A DNA stretch of 64,000 nt from the human T2T-CHM13v2.0 reference genome, Homo sapiens: NCBI RefSeq assembly GCF_009914755.1, contig NC_060935.1. One strand, written 5' to 3'. The notes under the pieces were generated by a model. The model made no database searches. It worked only from the letters and a program-made list of their open reading frames with translations, and was not told where the DNA came from. Position numbers and translations under genes: made by a program. This document shows, in pieces, positions 50,721-63,373 of this stretch (the stretch's first letter is position 1; each line of letters begins with the position of its first letter).

Positions 50721-52099
50721 CAGGACACTGGTTTCTTCCTACCATAATCAGAAAAAAAGAGGGAAATCACTGAATCTCTGTAAGGCTCTGGAAGAGTCTC
50801 CTCTCTTACCTGTGCCCCTGTCAACTCCTTGGTAAATTCAGGAGAATATTGACAAGGTGTCACAGGGAGTGTGATGCAGTCAGAAAATACAAATCCTTCT
50901 ATTAGGGAAATCCAAGCAATTATTTACTTGTCAATTTAGGAGGGTAGGGCAGGATTAATTTGAGCTAAAGGGATTAGGGTGAAAATAAAGGTGTAATTAC
51001 TTTTATAATAATGATAATCATTTACTAATCTGATGCAGATATTACTCCACCCTCAAGTAGCTTACCTGTTATGATAGGAAATAAGCCAGAGGTGAAGGTG
51101 GGGTTGGGAAGGAGAGAGGTAACTGGTACAGGGAGGGGCAGAAGGAAGAAAATTATACTGGAGAAAAAAACATGCTGTTTTGCTAGTGATGGAAGGGTGG
51201 AGATAATCTGCCAGGACAAACAATTTGAGTAAGTCAGACACTATTTGTATTAGGGAATATTTTAAAACACAGTAGAGCCCACATTTCTAATTTTTCTTAT
51301 TAGAAACTAAAGACAAGAAATGTTAAGTGAACTACTTGAGATCACACAGTTTGTTCCAGGCAGAACTTGGACTAGAACATGGGTCTTTTTACTCTTAGTT
51401 CTGTGCTGGTCAAATAACAACCCACATGAGTGTTGGAGAAAGCAGCAAATTGGGAGAAAGGAAAAAGACCAAAGGAAAGATATGGGGATCTAGATCAAAG
51501 GAGCCAGCCCAGCAGGACCAAATGCCACTCTCTACTCTCCATCCACATCTCCTCACCTAATGCACTGGAAAAAACATAAGAGGACCCAAGTGTGAGGAAT
51601 AGCTTTTAACCTCCACGTCTGGAGCTGATGTAAATCCAACTGGCTTGTGGGAATGGTGGAGAGATAGTAGTCCACATTATGTTGGCTCATTATAAGATAA
51701 TGAGGTATTACCATTTGAGTTTTTAATTTTTCCAGAAGTGAGAATCCACATAAATTAAAAAAAGTAAAAGACACTATGAACAAATGCCTTCTAGTAGTTG
51801 TATACGTACAATATACTAATTTCACACAATTTCTAATTGAAATCTCACAACTCCACTCATTCCACAAACATTTATTTGTGACCTACAATGTATCAAGTAC
51901 TACGCTGGGCCCTGGGGTTTTACTGCTAAGCAAAATAGACATGATCCTTGCTCTTACAGAGCTTCTCACCAGCAGGTAACGTAAACACCAAATAAAAATT
52001 ATGGAATGAATTAACTAATTGCAGTAAGAGGCTATTAAGGAGAAATACTTAAAATATAGTGAACATTCTTTTAAATGCATAGCTGAGCTTGCTTAAAAG

Positions 52100-53800
52100 A
52101 AGTAGAGAAATCTTCAGGCTCTTGTGGCAAGGAAGAAAGTGAAAAACAAGATTGTAAAGTATAAACCCACTGCCTGGGGCATGAGGTGGGAGTAGGGTAC
52201 AGAAGTTGAAAGAACATAGGTTGCCATGTTGGTGACCATAGCTTAGACTGAAATGCCCATGCTGGTCAGGAAACAGAATTGTAGACATTTTTTCAAGGGT
52301 AAGGAATCAGAACTGAGACCTTCATATAACCCGGGACTCTCATAGGGCTACATTATCAGTGAAAGAGTCAACTTTAAAATATCTGCTGGCAGGTAAAGGG
52401 AAATGATGAGGGCATTTATTTATCTTAGCATGAGTTCTGGGAACACTTATTTGCATTAGGCGGGGTTCTGGTGGAGGGTAGTAAGTCCCCCTGAAAATTC
52501 ATAACTATAGATCTTATGAGAATTCAGGGTTTAAGTAAATACTCATAATCTTCTTCCTTGGGGAAAATTAGCAAAAAAGTGGCCCCAGGCTGATATCCTT
52601 GGCAAAAACAAAAGCATAAATATCACAGGATCTTCCTTTGACATTTGCATAAATATAGACCTAATCCTGTCTTCCACAAATTTCCACAAATAAAGCCACA
52701 ATAAAATCACTACCAAAGATGAGTTTACAATCCAAAATTGAAAAACAAAGAAGCAAGTTATCAGAGGCAACACACACACATACACACACAACCCCAAAAA
52801 ACAGAAAAAAAAAAGAAAATTACACCTAACCAGCAACATAATTGGACCCTTAAAAACTTCAGTATGTGCTGAAAAAGCCTATAAGATAAATATATTTTAA
52901 ATGATTGAAGACACAAAGTGAGGACCGAAAAACATGAGACAAAAAAGATGCTTTCCTAAAAAAGAGGTAAGTAGAATGTTTAGAAGTAAAAAAATACAGT
53001 CACTGAGAATAAACTGAACTAAGTAGATTAGAGGTTGCTGAAGACAGAATTAATAAACTGGAAGACAGAGCCAAGTAAATTGAAGGGAATGAGGTTCAGA
53101 AAGATTAAAAAAATGGAAAATTGGAAAGTGAGGCTAATAGATCTGGAGACTAGATTAAGAATGCCAAGTTATATCTGCTTTGGGTTTTAGAATGAAAGAA
53201 TGGAGAAAATGGGGAAGAAGCGATGTTCAAAGATGATTTTCTAGAATGAATAAAGACACGAAATCTCAGATACAAGAAGCACAATGAGCACTTAGCCTGA
53301 TTTTTAAAAAACTTAAAATGCACACCCAGACAGAGTATACTAAAATTATAGAACACAAAAGATTAAAAATATTTTTTAAACAACCAGAGAGAAAGATAGG
53401 ATACCTTCAAGGGAATGGCATGTAGGATTCTAGGTTTGTGATGATTTTCCTTGTCACTTTGAAGATGGAATTTCCTTGCCAATGGTATATGTTGTAAGTC
53501 AGTCTACACTGTAGGTAAATATGTTTTACACTGATTACATAAAACAAGAAATATTTAATGGTTAGTTGTGCAGGATATAAAAACAGTGAAACTGAAGTAT
53601 TGGGCAACAGTGACTTATATACTATGAGAAGGTGCTGATGGCAGCTAAAGTATTATATTCATATCAAACATTGATATCATTAGAGTATATAATTTATAAA
53701 TCAGTAGAGTTATAGGAAGGGAATAAAGAAAACTGCATCAATTCAACAGATGGCAGAAAATGAGGAAACAAATCTAAAGAATGGATAGGAAGAGTCAGCT
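52100..53800 (+). mobile_element. Old L1ME/HAL1-type 5' and ORF1 region
   Basis: A-rich degraded ORF1 (gaattaataaactggaagac, ctcagatacaagaagcac). Confidence 0.55.
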
Positions 53801-54109
53801 TGGGGTTTGAGAACACACGAAAGAGAGATGAGATGAGGGTGAAGAGACAGGATGGTCCAGATCTTGTAAAGCAGATTTTAAAACTGTGACTCTAAAATGT
53901 AGGTGCTCTTTTCTTTAGAAAAAAAAAAATGTAGACATGGAGTCTCAGAAAAGTTACTAATGTATTTTAGTTTATACAACTTCATCAGAGACAGAGCTGC
54001 ATGGTATGTCCTTCCTCATTCCACTGTGCCTAGCTGTAATTGCTATGAAGACACTCCAAAACCAGAACATCTGGCTCAGCTCATTGACAGAACTAACAAA
54101 AACAATAAA

Positions 54110-54310
54110 AATCAGCAACGTTTGCTAAGCACTTACTAGCTGCCACAGACCACAGTACATGCTTTATGTCAATTAATCCTCACAATTATGAAAGAATCAT
54201 TATTATTATCCCCATTTTACATATTTGAGAAGACTGAGGCTTAGATGGTTAAATGACTAGGCACGTGGCAAAGCCAGATGCGAACCCAGATTCATCTGCT
54301 TTTTTAACCT
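54110..54310 (-). mobile_element. MIR
   Basis: tattatccccattttac...gactgaggcttagatggttaaatgact. Confidence 0.7.
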
Positions 54311-55331
54311 CCATATAATATGGCTGGAATTTCTGGCCCTTCCCCCAAATTTAGAAAGGATCTGTTCATCTTTTCCAGAAGGCATTTCTTAGAACTAAAT
54401 ATTTTTACAATAATAATGATGTGAATTTTAAAAGAAAATACTCAGCTTTCACCTACCCCACTGACATAGGAGTTTTTACTTTCCTCTATTCCTTCCTAAA
54501 CTTTAAGCATATGTACACATTGTGTAGCTATAACCATATAGTATAACAATTCTGTGTTTCTACTTTCTGTGCATGCAAAATATTCCATTGAGGTGAAGCA
54601 CATTACTTGCCTTATTTCTGTCTTATTGGACATTCAATTTCAATCATTCCCCCTTTTTTTTTTAATAACTTCAACTTCTCCCTATTTGTTAGCCCTTTCA
54701 TCTTGGCATATAAACACACTCTCTTCTCTTTTGTAGTACAATTATATCCAAACACTTCATCCAATCTACCTACTATTCTATCTCCTTCCTTCCCATTTCT
54801 GTCAAGTTTTCTAAATAAATATTCTTGGCTTAGAGACTCTACTTAATCACTTCTCATTTCTACCTCAATCTACTTCAATTTGGTTTCTTCCATCCTCTTG
54901 TCCACTCTCCTTAGGCAATCTCTTTTATGTGCGTATTACAACTACATCTTTGCTGGTGACCCACACCCAGACTTCTGCAAAGAATAGTCCAGGGATCAGG
55001 GGGCTGGGCTGAGGCTGGGGACCATGAACTTGTGGTGACACAAGTCTAAATGACCTGATGACTTTCTCCAGCAGTGTGCAACAGCTGAGGAGAGGTGGAG
55101 AAGAAGGTATGGCTAGAACTAATATCACTTTGGGCTTTGATTAACATAAGGAAGGACAAAGCTGGAGGGGAATTGAGAGTGTTGAGGAGTATGGGGAAGA
55201 AAACCCAGAATACAAGGTCATGATCAAAGAAAGTGGTGCAATGTGGAGATACGCCATTCTCAGTAAGCTGGAAGTGAAGGAAGGGAGGCTAGTAATGGTT
55301 GATTGGGAGAAAATGAAGGGTTCACAAAGAG

Positions 55332-55670
55332 CGTTTCTGGCAGTGATGCCCTCATCACAAGAACATGCCTCTCACAAAGGATCTCCTTCATCCCTCTCCA
55401 GAAGACAACAAGAGGAAACACACGAAGAAGTGCTTGGGGCAGATCCCTGGTTCCTGCTTCATGGACGTGAGATGTCCAGGATGCTCTACAGTCACAATGG
55501 CCTTTTCCTACGCACGAACAGTAGTTTCACATGTTGGCTGCTCCACTGTCCTCTGCCCACCTACAGGAGGAAAAGCAAGGCCTACAGAAGGATGTCCCTT
55601 TAGGAGGAAGTAGTGCTAAAAGCACCCTGAATCAAGATGAGTGGGAAATCATCCCAATAAACATATTTTT
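55332..55670 (+). pseudogene. RPS27: Processed pseudogene of ribosomal protein S27 (ORF 55365-55613; specific RPS27P number not assignable)
   Basis: Intronless [13 protein letters not shown]...CPGC...PTGGKAR...FRRK; RPS27-like 5'UTR and 3'UTR with AATAAA; premature TAG two codons before the native TAA. Confidence 0.95.
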
Positions 55671-55679
55671 AATTTATTT

Positions 55680-56447
55680 TTGAAAAAAGGACAAGATTAT
55701 GAGCAAGTGAGAAGGATAGAAGATTGTATTCAGAGAGGGGAGTATGATGTTTGAGATCTGACATGGGGCTCACAAGGACAAAGTGGATCCATGGGGGCGA
55801 GTAGCTGAGCTGAAGTGGAGTTACGGAGATCAGTGATCCACATAGGGTGACAGTGTGACCTGAAGGAGAGAGAAAGACTGGGCCACAAGGAAAAATCCTC
55901 AACAAATATAGGGAGGGATCAAGAGGTGAGTCAGCTCAGCTGCGGTGAGTGATAAGGCAGGATAGTACTATGGCACAGACAGAAGAGTAAACTTCAGAGG
56001 CACAAGCTGTACACAAAGATGAAGAAATACTGGTTTGCATTCAGGAATGGGGAGGGAGGCAGAAGAATGCTGAACCTCCCTCTGAACTCTGGGGTCTCCT
56101 CTTAGTCCACACAGGGAACTCCTTCCAGCTTCTTGAACATTCCATGCTTGTTTATCCCTGGTATTTTCTAGCACTCCCCATCTCTGTAAGGATCACCATT
56201 CCTTATCCACTTTCACAAGGCAGAAACCAAGGAGTCATCCTGGACACTTTCGCTTGCTTCCCCATCTGATCCATCAGCTCAAAATCTGTTACGTGTCTCT
56301 GGAATCCATTGATTTTTCTCCATCTCCACTATCTCAATACCAGCCCAGGTCCCATCAGCTCTTGGCTGGACTGCTGCAATGATAGCCTCTGCCTGGCCTC
56401 TCTGCTGCTTCTCTTCTCTCCCTCAAATCAGGTCTCCACTCAGCTAC
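55680..56447. mobile_element. L2 fragments in both orientations
   Basis: Purine-rich antisense L2, then sense L2 (ggagtcatcctggac...ctccatctccact). Confidence 0.45.
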
Positions 56448-56452
56448 CATGG

Positions 56453-58713
56453 TGTTTTAGTGTTTTCACGTAGCTGATAAAGACTTACCCAAGACTGGGA
56501 AGAAAAAGAGGTTTAATTGGACTTACAGTTCCACATGGCTGGTGAGGCCTCAGAACCATGGCAGGAGGTGAAAGGCACTTCTTACATGGTGGTGGTAACA
56601 GAAAATGATGAAGAAGCAAAAGCAGAAACCCCTGATAAACCCATCAGATCTTGTGAGGCTTATTCACTATCACGAGAATAGCACTGGAAAGACCAGCCCC
56701 CATGATTCAATTACCTCCCCCTTGGATCCCTCCCACAACATGTGGGAATTCTGGGAGATACAATCCAAGTTGAGATTTGGGTGGGGACACAGCCAAACCA
56801 TATCATTCTACCCCTGACCCCTCCAAATCTCAAGTCCTCACATTTCAAAACCAATCATGCCTTCCCAGCAGTCCCCCAAAGTCTTAACTCATTTCAGCAT
56901 TAACCCAAAAGTACCCGGTCCAAAGTCTCATCTGAAACAAGGCAAGTCCCTTCTGCCTATGAGCCTGTAAAATCAAAAGCAAGCTAGCTACTTCCTAGAT
57001 ACAATGGGGGTATAGGTATTGAGTAAATACAGCCATTCCAAATGGGAGAAAATGGCCAACACAAAGGGGTTACAGAGCCCATGCAAGTCTGAAATCCAGC
57101 AGGGCAGTGAAATTTTAAATCTCCAAAATGACCTCCTTTGAATCCAGATCTCACTTCCAGGTCATGCTGATGCAAGAGGTGGGTTCCCATGGTCTTGGGC
57201 AGCTCCACTCCTGTGGCTTTGCAGGGTGGAGCCTCCCTCCTGGCTGCTTTCATGGGCTGACTTTGAGTGTCTGTGGCTTTTCCAGGCACATGGTGCAGGC
57301 TGCCAGGGGATCTATCATTCTGGGGTCTGCAGAATGGTGGCGCTCTTCTCACAGTTTGACTAGGCAGTGCCCCAGTAGGGACTCCGTGCGGAGACTTTGA
57401 CTCCACATTTCCCTTCCACACTGCTCTAGCAGAGGTTCTCTATGAGGGCCCCACCCCTGCAGCAAAACTTTTGCCTGGGCACCCAGGCATTTCCAGACAT
57501 CTTCTGAAAACTAGGTGGAAGTTCCCAAACCTCAATTCTTGACTTCTGTGCACCTGTAGGCTCAACACCATGTGGAAGCTGACAAGGCTTGAGACTTCCA
57601 CTCTCTCTGAAGCCACAGCCCGAGCTCTACGTTGGCCCCTTTTAGCCATGGCTGGAGTGGCTGGGACACAGGGTACCAAGTCCCTACACTGCACACAGCA
57701 TGCGGACCCTGGGCCTGACCTACAAAACCACTTTTTCCTCCTGGGCCTCTGGGCCTGTGATGGGAGGGGCTGCTTTGAAGGTCTCTGACATGGCCTGGAG
57801 ACATTTGCCTGTGGTCTTGGGGATTAACATTAGGCTCCTTGCTAACTTATGCAAATTTCTGCAGCCAGCTTGAATTTCTCCTCAAAAAATGGGTTTTTCT
57901 TTTCTACTGCATTGTCAGGCTGCAAATTTTCTGAACTCCTATGCTCCATTTCCATTTTAAATTGGAATGTTTTTAACAGCACCCAAGTCACCTTTTGAAT
58001 GCCTTGCTGCTTAGAAATTTCTTCCACCAGATACTCTAAATCATCTCTCTCAAGTTCAAAGCTCCACAAATCTCTAGGACAGGGGCAAAATGCTGCCAGT
58101 CTCTTTGCTAAAACATAACAAGAGTCACCTTTGCTCCCATTCCCAACAAGTTCCTCATCTCCATCTGAGACCACCTCAGCCTGGACCTTATTGTTCATAT
58201 CACTATCAGCATTTTTGTCAAAGCCATTCAACAAGTCTCTAGGAAGTTCCAAACTTTCCCATATTTTCGTGTCTTCTTCTCAGCCCTCCAAACTGTTCCA
58301 ACCTCTACCTGTTACCCAGTTCCAAAGTTGCATCCACATTTTCAGGTATCTTTTCAGCAATACCCCACTCTACTGGTACCAATTTACTGTATTAGTTTGT
58401 TTTCACACTGCTTTCACATGTTAATTGGACTTACAATTCCACGTGGCTAGGAAGGCCTCACAATCCATGGCAGGAGGCAAAAGGCACTTCTTACATGGCA
58501 GTGGCAAGAGAAAATGAGGAAGAAGCAGAAGTGGAAACCCCTGAAAAACCCATCAGATCTCATGAGATTTATTCACTATCACTAGAATAGCATGGAAAAG
58601 ACCAGCCCCAGTGATTCAATTACCTACCTCTGGATCCCTCCCACAACACATGGGAATTCTGAGAGATACAATTCAAGTTGAGATTTGGGTGGGGACACAG
58701 CCAAACCATATCA
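56453..58713 (-). mobile_element. Complete THE1C-like MaLR provirus: 3'LTR 56453-56805, internal 56806-58387, 5'LTR 58388-58713
   Basis: Two homologous LTRs ending ggggacacagccaaaccatatca; MaLR internal ORF remnants (LELPRDLLNGFD); 5 bp TSD CATGG at 56448-56452 and 58714-58718. Confidence 0.95.
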
Positions 58714-58823
58714 CATGGCAATATGCATCTCTCCTTCAAATGCAATTTTTAGTTTGGTCGCTCTCAACCCTTGACTTACCATATTTCCTTTCTTGAAACT
58801 CTTCAATCAAATTCTGTTGTTCT

Positions 58824-59120
58824 GGATGGGCATGGTGGCTCACGCCTGTAATCCCAGCACTTTGGGAGGCTGAGGTGGGCAGATCACTTGAGGCCAGGAG
58901 TTTGAGACCAGCCTGGCCAACACGGTGAAACCCCATCTCTACTAAAACTACAAAAATTATCTGGGTGTGGTGACACTCACCTGTAATCTCAGCTACTTGG
59001 GAGGCTGAGGTGGGAGAATCGCTCGAATCCAAGAGGTAGAGGTTGCAATGAGCTGAAATCTTGTGCCACTGCACTCCAGCCTGGGTGATAGAGTGAGACT
59101 CTATCTTAAAAAGAAAAAAA
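58824..59120 (+). mobile_element. AluS (Sz-like)
   Basis: Alu dimer; TSD-like tctgttgttct on both sides. Confidence 0.92.
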
Positions 59121-59129
59121 AATCTGTTG

Positions 59130-59525
59130 TTCTAAGGATAAAGGTCAAACCTCTACATGCCCCAAAGCCCCTCTTGGAATGGTCCCCACCTTCCCCAGTC
59201 TCATGCCACATCTTGCCGCTCTTTGCTCTCTAACTCTAGCCTCACTGGCTTCCTTTCACTTTCCTGAATGCATGATGATTCACCCTTTGCACATACTATC
59301 CCCTCTATCCTAAATACTGTTCTCTGCTCTCAGAGAAAGCACCAGCAGGTCTCCCCTTTACATATTCTTACAGTCACATGTACCTCTTCTTGGTAGCACT
59401 TATCACTGAAGTGAATTTATCTGTAGCTGTGGGGTTAATTATCTCCCCCTGCTAGACTGCAAGGGTGGTGAGGACAGGGACTCTGTTTGACTTTAGTAAC
59501 CACTTTGTTTTTTATTTCTAGCATG
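59130..59525 (+). mobile_element. L2 fragment
   Basis: ctagactgcaag...gaggacagggactctgt. Confidence 0.6.
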
Positions 59526-59837
59526 GAAATATGGGCCATATGTTGTAGTTAAGAAGACATAGCATCCAGATACTCTTTCAAGGAAACAATTGTTTCCTGT
59601 CTGCAGGGAACATGGTCATCAGACAGTCTTCAGCTGTCAGCAACTTTAGCAGCAGCCTCAGTTGCATAGAGCAGTATCTCTGAAGGTAACCCTTCTTGAG
59701 GCAGTCCACATTTGGTACAGTAAAGCAGAGTTCAGTGGGTTTAATGGTGGCCCCAGAAAGACAGATCCATGTCCCAACCCTAAAACCTGTGAACGTGACC
59801 TTTTTTAGAAAAAGCGTTTCTGGAAATGTAATTAAGA

Positions 59838-60243
59838 ATTTTCTTTTTTTCCAACTTTTAATTTAGGTTCAGGGGGTACCTCTGCAGGCTTGTTACATGA
59901 GTAAATCGCATGTCACAGGGATTTAGTGTACAGATAATTTTGTCACCCAGGTAATCAGCATCATACCCAATCGGTAGTTTTTTCAATCCTCACCCTCCTC
60001 CCACCCTCCACCCACAAGTAGGCCCCAGTGTCCATTGTTCCCTTCTTTGTGTCCACGTGTACTCATCGTTTAGCTCCTGCTTATAAGTGAGAACATGCAG
60101 TATTTGGTTTTCTGTTCCTGTGTAAATTCAAATACCCTCCAGTTCCATCCATGTTGCTGCAAAGGACATAATTTCATTATTTTGTATGGCTGTGTAGTAT
60201 TCCATGGCATATATGTACTGCATTTTCTTTATCCAATCCACCA
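59838..60243 (-). mobile_element. L1PA15/16-like 3' fragment
   Basis: ccaacttttaatttaggttcagggggtac...cagataattttgtcacccagg. Confidence 0.85.
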
Positions 60244-60331
60244 AGCTAATAATCTTGAGATATGATCATTTTGGATTCAGGATGAACCTTAAGTCCAGTG
60301 ACAGATGCCCTTACAGGAAAAAGGCAGAGGG

Positions 60332-60620
60332 ATGTCAAATACACGTTATTATATATTTGTCTAAACCTAAGAATGTACAACACCCAAAAGTAAACCCTAA
60401 TGTAAACGATGAGCTTTTGTGATGACGATGTGTCAATGCAGCTTTATCAATTGTACAAGTGCCCACTCTGGTGGGGGTGTTGATAATGGGGAGGCCGTGC
60501 CTGTGTGGGGGCAGAGGTACATGGGAAGTCTCAATATGTTTCTCTCAATTTTTCTGTGAGCCTAAAATTGCTCTAAAAAAACAAAGTCTTCTAGACACAA
60601 ACTAAATAAAACAAATATGT
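60332..60620 (+). mobile_element. L1MC1/2-like 3' fragment
   Basis: gaatgtacaacacc...ccctaatgtaaac; TSD aaaaggcagaggga / aaaaggcaaaggga. Confidence 0.8.
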
Positions 60621-61364
60621 AAAAGGCAAAGGGAGATTTGAGACAGCCCACAGAGAAGGCCAGGTGAAGACAGAGGCAGAGACTGTAGTGATGTGGCCAC
60701 AAGCCAAAAAATGCCAGGAGCCACCCAGAGCTGGAAGAGGAAAGGAACGGTTCTCCCCAGAGCCTTGGAGGGAGCACAGCCCTGCCAACACCTTGATTCC
60801 AGACTCTGGCCCCTAGAACTGTGGAAACACAAAGTTCTGTTGTTTTGAGCCACGTAGTCTGTGATAGCTTGTTATAGCTGCCCTAGGAAACGAACACACA
60901 GGGGCATAAAGACCTCATATTTGGGCCACGGGGGATGACTCTGATGAGCAGTTCTGGCTCCAGAGCTCACTGCTGGGTTCCTGGGATTCCATCAGGCCTG
61001 CATCAGGGTTCAACTTCTGCTGCCCATTTCTGCTTTCTTCCTTCTTCCTTTCACAGGCTTTGACCCCCAATAAACATCTCGCACTCCATACTGACTGCTT
61101 CTAGTGAGCCCAGTGTGGCACACCATAATAAGATTTTTGTTAAATAAATAAAGTAGACAGTAAATTCCTGGAAAGCAAAATCCATGTCTTATTCATGTTT
61201 ACAACCTTAGAGCTTAGCACAGTACTTCACACATAATAGATGTCCAACAACAATTTGTTAAATGAAGGAAAGAATGCATGAACATATAAGTGGATTATGT
61301 TGAATCTATAGATTGAAATGTATTTTAGTTAAATGTTTTCATATATCTCTTGTGAGCCTACACT

Positions 61365-61500
61365 GAGGGAGGGAGGGAAGGAGGGAGAGAGGGAGGGAGG
61401 GAGAGAGGGAGGAAGGAAGGAAGGAAGGAAGGAAGGAAGGAAGGAAGGAAGGAAGGAAGGGAGGGAGGGAGGGAGGGAGGCAGGCAGGGAGGGAGGGAGA
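61365..61500. repeat. Purine-rich (GGGA)n/(GGAA)12 microsatellite
   Basis: 12 consecutive GGAA at 61411-61458 inside a ~135 bp nearly pure purine tract. Confidence 0.95.
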
Positions 61501-61899
61501 TTGTTTCAGGCTGTGTCTTAAACTCGTCTAAGCTCTGTCATCAGCCTCCTATAAGGCTAGGGCTGGAGAGGATACAGTCTCTAGAAAGGACAGCTCTTCC
61601 CCTTGAGGGCAACATTTTTGCCCTTGCAGAGCTAAGACTCTTCCTATCAACATGCAGAAATAATTCTACCACCCTGCCCCCAGCCCTTCTCACATAAATC
61701 CTAAGGATAAACATTTTTAATGTGAGGAGCAAAAATACAACAGAAGGAACATGCTGCAACAAGGCGGTGGATTGTGCATGAAGGAGAAGAAGTCGCCACT
61801 ATTTTTAACAGTGGGAAAGACCCCATGAAGGAGATGGGATTTCACACTGGCTTTACCTCACAGCATGTTTCAGGGGCACAGGACCTTAGAGGTGACCTA

Positions 61900-62310
61900 C
61901 TGCAGTGCCTTCTTTTATAGATGAAGAAACTGAGGCTCAGAGAAAGAAGTGATTTGCTGAAGGTCTTACTACCAGGCTAGTAGCAAAGATGAGGCTGGAG
62001 CCTCAGAGTTCTTTTCTATAAATCTTACCAGGGTACTAGGAAGGGAAGAATAAAAGGAGAGAAGGGGGAAGTGAGACAGAAGTGGCAAAATGAATAAGGT
62101 CTCAGTCTCTGTAGGGGGAAGGAGATAATCAGCCTCTGACTAGATACTTTAGACAGATTGTATTAATTATTCCCTGCAACAACTCTGTGAAACAAAATGT
62201 GCTGTCTTCATTTTATTATCTAGGATAGTGAAATAAGAAATGCTGGGTGAGTTGTCCAGGTAAACGGTGGAGTTAGGATTCAAACCCTGGTCTGTCTCAC
62301 TCCAAAGACA
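61900..62310 (-). mobile_element. MIR fragments (two)
   Basis: atagatgaagaaactgaggctcagaga; ggattcaaaccctggtctgtct. Confidence 0.7.
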
Positions 62311-63373
62311 GTACTTTATCCAGGAGAGCATGTTATAAGGGAGAAGGGTGGAATGAAAGTAGGAAGTGGAATGAAGGGATGGTGATGGGCAGGTTAACTG
62401 GGGAACACTGCCAAGGAAAACAGGAGGGGGGTTTGAGTAGCCCAGAATCCCCAGAAGAAGACCATAAAGCTCAGAGTGGTAGAAGAGGACAGTGAAACAG
62501 TTCTCATCTCCAAATGCCTAAGAACAAGGGGGAGATGGCAGGAGTGTCTACATCTGGAGTTTGAGTCGTGGGTTTGTGTTAAAGGTGGAATCCTGGGCAG
62601 GTAGAAGGGCCATCATTATCCCTGCAGGAGGTAACTACCACCCAGATGCATGAAGGGCATGACTCTGGACATGGTGAGAAATAGAGAGATATGGAAGATG
62701 AATTAATGAAGGGGTGGGAACAGTTGGGATGGACAGAGCAAGGGGCTGCATGGAGTTCTGAGTGATGACTGAGAAGCTCCCTCCTTGAGAAGCACTTCAG
62801 TGGACATGCTGCTCAGGGCAACAAGAAAGCTGCACCTGGGAGAAGAATCCCAAGTGGCCAAGAGCAGCTCTGCTCTGCTCTCATTAAAGTGAACTCAAGG
62901 GACTTTGGCTTAGCGATGTCACTTCCATGTCTCATTGCTTTGGTCCAGGCCCTGGTCATCTTGCATGGCGACCTTGGAAGAATTTGTTAACTCGTCTCTT
63001 GCCTCTTCCAGTCTAGTCCCCTCCTCCAAACAACCCTCTTATTTTTTCCAAAATGGACCTTTGCAGGTCACAAGTCAGATTTGATCACTACCCAACCTTA
63101 AACGCTCAAAGATTAAAAACTCTTGTGCGCTGACCCAAGCTACTCATCTCCTACCTCTCCTCACCATTCCCCATACCAGAGCTGCTTTGAACTTAACACT
63201 ATTCTATCAACAGGATGCAGTCTTTCACAGTGCCATGTTCTGCAGCTGCTTCTTCCTCTCTCTAGAATTCTGCAATCTCCATCCTTCACCGCCAGGTTTG
63301 TACCTGGCAAACACCTTCAGGATGATGCTTAAAGCCTTCCATTTAAATTATCCCTCTTACTTTCAAAAGAGAG

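Larger units (their letters stand above)
59732..60900 (+). mobile_element. MLT1B-like LTR split by two L1 fragments
   Basis: aatggtggcccc...cctgtgaacgtgacc; gaagacagaggcagagac...ccctgccaacaccttgatt...gccctaggaaac. Confidence 0.85.
59541..61122 (+). mobile_element. LTR16-like ERVL LTR split by MLT1B
   Basis: 5' half (ccagatactctttcaagg...cagctgtcagc) and 3' half (ggctccagagctc...aataaacatctcgcac). Confidence 0.6.

Noticed and set aside
55220-55603. 127-aa ORF overlapping the RPS27 retrocopy
   Set aside because: It is an alternate frame starting in L2-like flank, with no recognisable homology
56984-58252. THE1 internal ORFs (145 aa and 136 aa) as a gene
   Set aside because: They are fragmented remnants of the ordinary MaLR internal ORF
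61333-61521. ORF with GRKE repeats
   Set aside because: It is simply the translation of the GGAA microsatellite
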